Positions 49,965 to 51,585 of a stretch of DNA of 51,585 bases are shown one piece after another. Origin of the DNA: a bacterium (GTDB lineage Bacteria; Zhuqueibacterota; Zhuqueibacteria; Residuimicrobiales; Residuimicrobiaceae); assembly GCA_035388125.1 (NCBI GenBank), contig DAOOPF010000006.1, positions 1-51,585 of the forward strand, read 5' to 3'. The notes below the pieces were generated by a model. The model saw only the letters and a program-made list of their open reading frames with translations, did not search any database and was not told the origin of the DNA. Each line of letters opens with the position of its first letter. The first letter of the stretch is position 1. Position numbers and translations under genes: made by a program.

Positions 49965-50084
49965 ACATTTAGAGGCATCTTTTGTGCCTGGCTCTCCCCT
50001 GCCGGGGGGACAAGCTGTGGTCCTGAAGCCACAACCAACCCTGCGCATGGGGCATCTCCTCCCCACTATCTCCAGGAGCCGGGA

Positions 50085-50885
50085 TTACCTTTCCCTGCGC
50101 TTCTTCTCGCGCATGATGGCGAACTGCCTTCTGGCGAATTCCCAGGTTCCGCGCCGTTTCCCCCAGATCGCAGGTTCCAGCTGCTGCTCCGCCAGCAGGC
50201 GTTTCAGGGTCAGGGCGGGCTCATCGGGATCCATTTCACCGGTGATCATGCAGCCATAGCGTCCGAACGAGCGTTCTTCGCCCTGGAAGGGGAGCGGATC
50301 GGAGCCTGCGAGAATGCGCCATCCCTCACTCACGGCCTTGCGCATGAGGTCGGGTTCACTCCAGAAAGTGGGGCGCATGGCGCTGTCGCCTATGAAGAGG
50401 CCCGGCCGCGGCGGTTGTGCGAGCAGTGATTGCACGATGGTCTTGCGTCGTCCTGACCATTTCCCGGGCGCCCAGTTGATGGTGACCAGAGCGCCGGCTT
50501 CAAGCGCCTGGTCGATGAGAGCTGAGGTTTCCAGCTCCCGGTCGGGGAGTCTCAACCGTGAGGCGAGAGTGCCGATTTCGAGTCCATCCGCGCTGACCAC
50601 CTGCCGTCCTGCGATGATATAAAGGACGATGCGTTCGCCGAGCTGAACGCGCAGAGCTTCCTGCTCCCGGGTCGGGATGATGTGATAGATCCCGACTCTG
50701 ACGCTCTCCTGCAGCTGGGTAAATGCGGAACAGTCGGCGCGCTCCGTCAGGAGCCATATCTTGGCGGTCTCTTTTTCCGGCCTGGCGGAATCCATATTCG
50801 ACAGGCTGAAGGCGATGGCCTGGTTCAGATCAGCCTGCGGATAGAGGTGAATATGGGCATCGATGATCAGGGTTTTCTCAGACAT
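50085..50885 (-). CDS. metal-dependent hydrolase-like protein (amidohydrolase/TIM-barrel type), family uncertain
   Basis: The N-terminal LIIDAHIHLYPQ is a typical H-x-H metal-binding start for amidohydrolase-superfamily proteins. I did not recognise the rest. Confidence 0.45.
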   Translation of the reverse strand: MSEKTLIIDAHIHLYPQADLNQAIAFSLSNMDSARPEKETAKIWLLTERADCSAFTQLQESVRVGIYHIIPTREQEALRVQLGERIVLYIIAGRQVVSADGLEIGTLASRLRLPDRELETSALIDQALEAGALVTINWAPGKWSGRRKTIVQSLLAQPPRPGLFIGDSAMRPTFWSEPDLMRKAVSEGWRILAGSDPLPFQGEERSFGRYGCMITGEMDPDEPALTLKRLLAEQQLEPAIWGKRRGTWEFARRQFAIMREKKRRER

Positions 50886-50964
50886 GGCTCCTCACATTCC
50901 TGAGGCGGCCTCCTGAACCCGGCTTTCGGGCAGGAGAGCTCAACCTCCCGCACAAGAGAGTATC

Positions 50965-51585
50965 TTATTTCGTTGATGACCATTCATGGGCGCCTTGCGA
51001 CGGCACCGAGATATAGATAGCGGGTTCCAGGCCGGTTCTGCTCCGGTAGAGGGTGCCGATCTCCCTGCAGAAAGAGTCAACGGCGCTGCGTTCCACAAGG
51101 TTGACGGTGCAGCCGCCGAATCCCCCGCCGGTCATGCGGGCGCCGAGGCATCCGGGTACACCTCTGGCGATCCCGACCATGAGGTCGAGTTCCTCGCAGC
51201 TGACCTGATAATCGTCGCGCAGGCTGTCGTGGGAGGCATTCATCAGGCTGCCAAAGTGGTGCAGATCGCCGCTGCGCAGGCTGCGGATCGACTCGAGCAC
51301 CCTTTCGTTTTCGCTGATGACGTGGCGGCAGCGTTTTCTGACGGTCTCGTCGAGTTCGCCTTCCACCCGGGTGAATTGTTCGAGGTCAAGGTCGCGCAGA
51401 GCCCTGATGGCGGGCCAGTGCTTCTGCATGCGCTGCACACCCTCCTCACACTCCCGGCGGCGGTTGTTGTACTCTGATGCCCCGAGCTCATGTTTGACCA
51501 TGGTGTTGCAGACCACGATCCGGGAATGATCTGAGGGCAGGGGAACGAGTTGATACTCGAGCGACCGGCAGTCGAGGAAGAGGGC
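50965..51585 (-). CDS. galK: galactokinase, 3' part (the gene continues beyond the right edge)
   Basis: The frame is open to the window edge (ALFLDCRSLEYQLVPLP...). It has the GHMP kinase motif GARMTGGGFGGCTVNLV, and NNRRRECEEG is typical of GalK. Confidence 0.85.
   Translation of the reverse strand, partial: ALFLDCRSLEYQLVPLPSDHSRIVVCNTMVKHELGASEYNNRRRECEEGVQRMQKHWPAIRALRDLDLEQFTRVEGELDETVRKRCRHVISENERVLESIRSLRSGDLHHFGSLMNASHDSLRDDYQVSCEELDLMVGIARGVPGCLGARMTGGGFGGCTVNLVERSAVDSFCREIGTLYRSRTGLEPAIYISVPSQGAHEWSSTK

Noticed and set aside
1-51585. Search for CRISPR arrays, IS/transposase, integrase, prophage or rRNA genes
   Set aside because: No regularly spaced direct repeats, no transposase or integrase-like translations in the ORF track, and no rRNA-like conserved stretches were seen.

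Overview
A 51.6-kb GC-rich chromosomal segment from a Gram-negative bacterium, with AT-rich sequence only in the intergenic spacers. A T9SS/FlgD-Ig-type C-terminal sorting domain and an S46 peptidase hint at an FCB-superphylum-like, probably uncultivated lineage; that placement is inference. I call about 45 CDS plus tRNA-Glu(UUC) and tRNA-His(GUG). There is no rRNA, no CRISPR array and no obvious mobile element.

All genes are on the minus strand except a 4.6-kb plus-strand island (3984-8541). Genes sit in very tight strings, often with overlapping stop and start codons. The strings are bounded by a recurrent TTGAYT-N17-TAxxTT promoter architecture and by clear intrinsic terminators.

Housekeeping content includes rpsA, ispH, cmk, rluB, scpAB, accA, class A PBP, galK (partial), heptose activation genes and the tRNAs.

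The most notable observations are:
1. An AmmeMemoRadiSam-type cluster (24758-28453). Memo and AMMECR1 are fused, the radical SAM enzyme and a neighbouring DUF362 protein carry twin-arginine leaders, and the fusion carries a Sec-like leader.
2. A Cyc2-like monohaem cytochrome-porin fusion next to a pentahaem cytochrome c (5975-8541).
3. An in-frame GmhB-desulfoferrodoxin fusion (4978-5931).
4. A sigma-factor-less partner-switching hub with four differently sensing PP2C phosphatases around one STAS/RsbW pair (16191-24582).
5. A consensus-perfect sigma-54 promoter driving a small exported protein, next to a degenerate enhancer-binding-protein homologue that has no GAFTGA loop and broken Walker A/B motifs (48293-50033).

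All family assignments come from motif recognition by eye in the supplied translations. No database, HMM or structure search was run.
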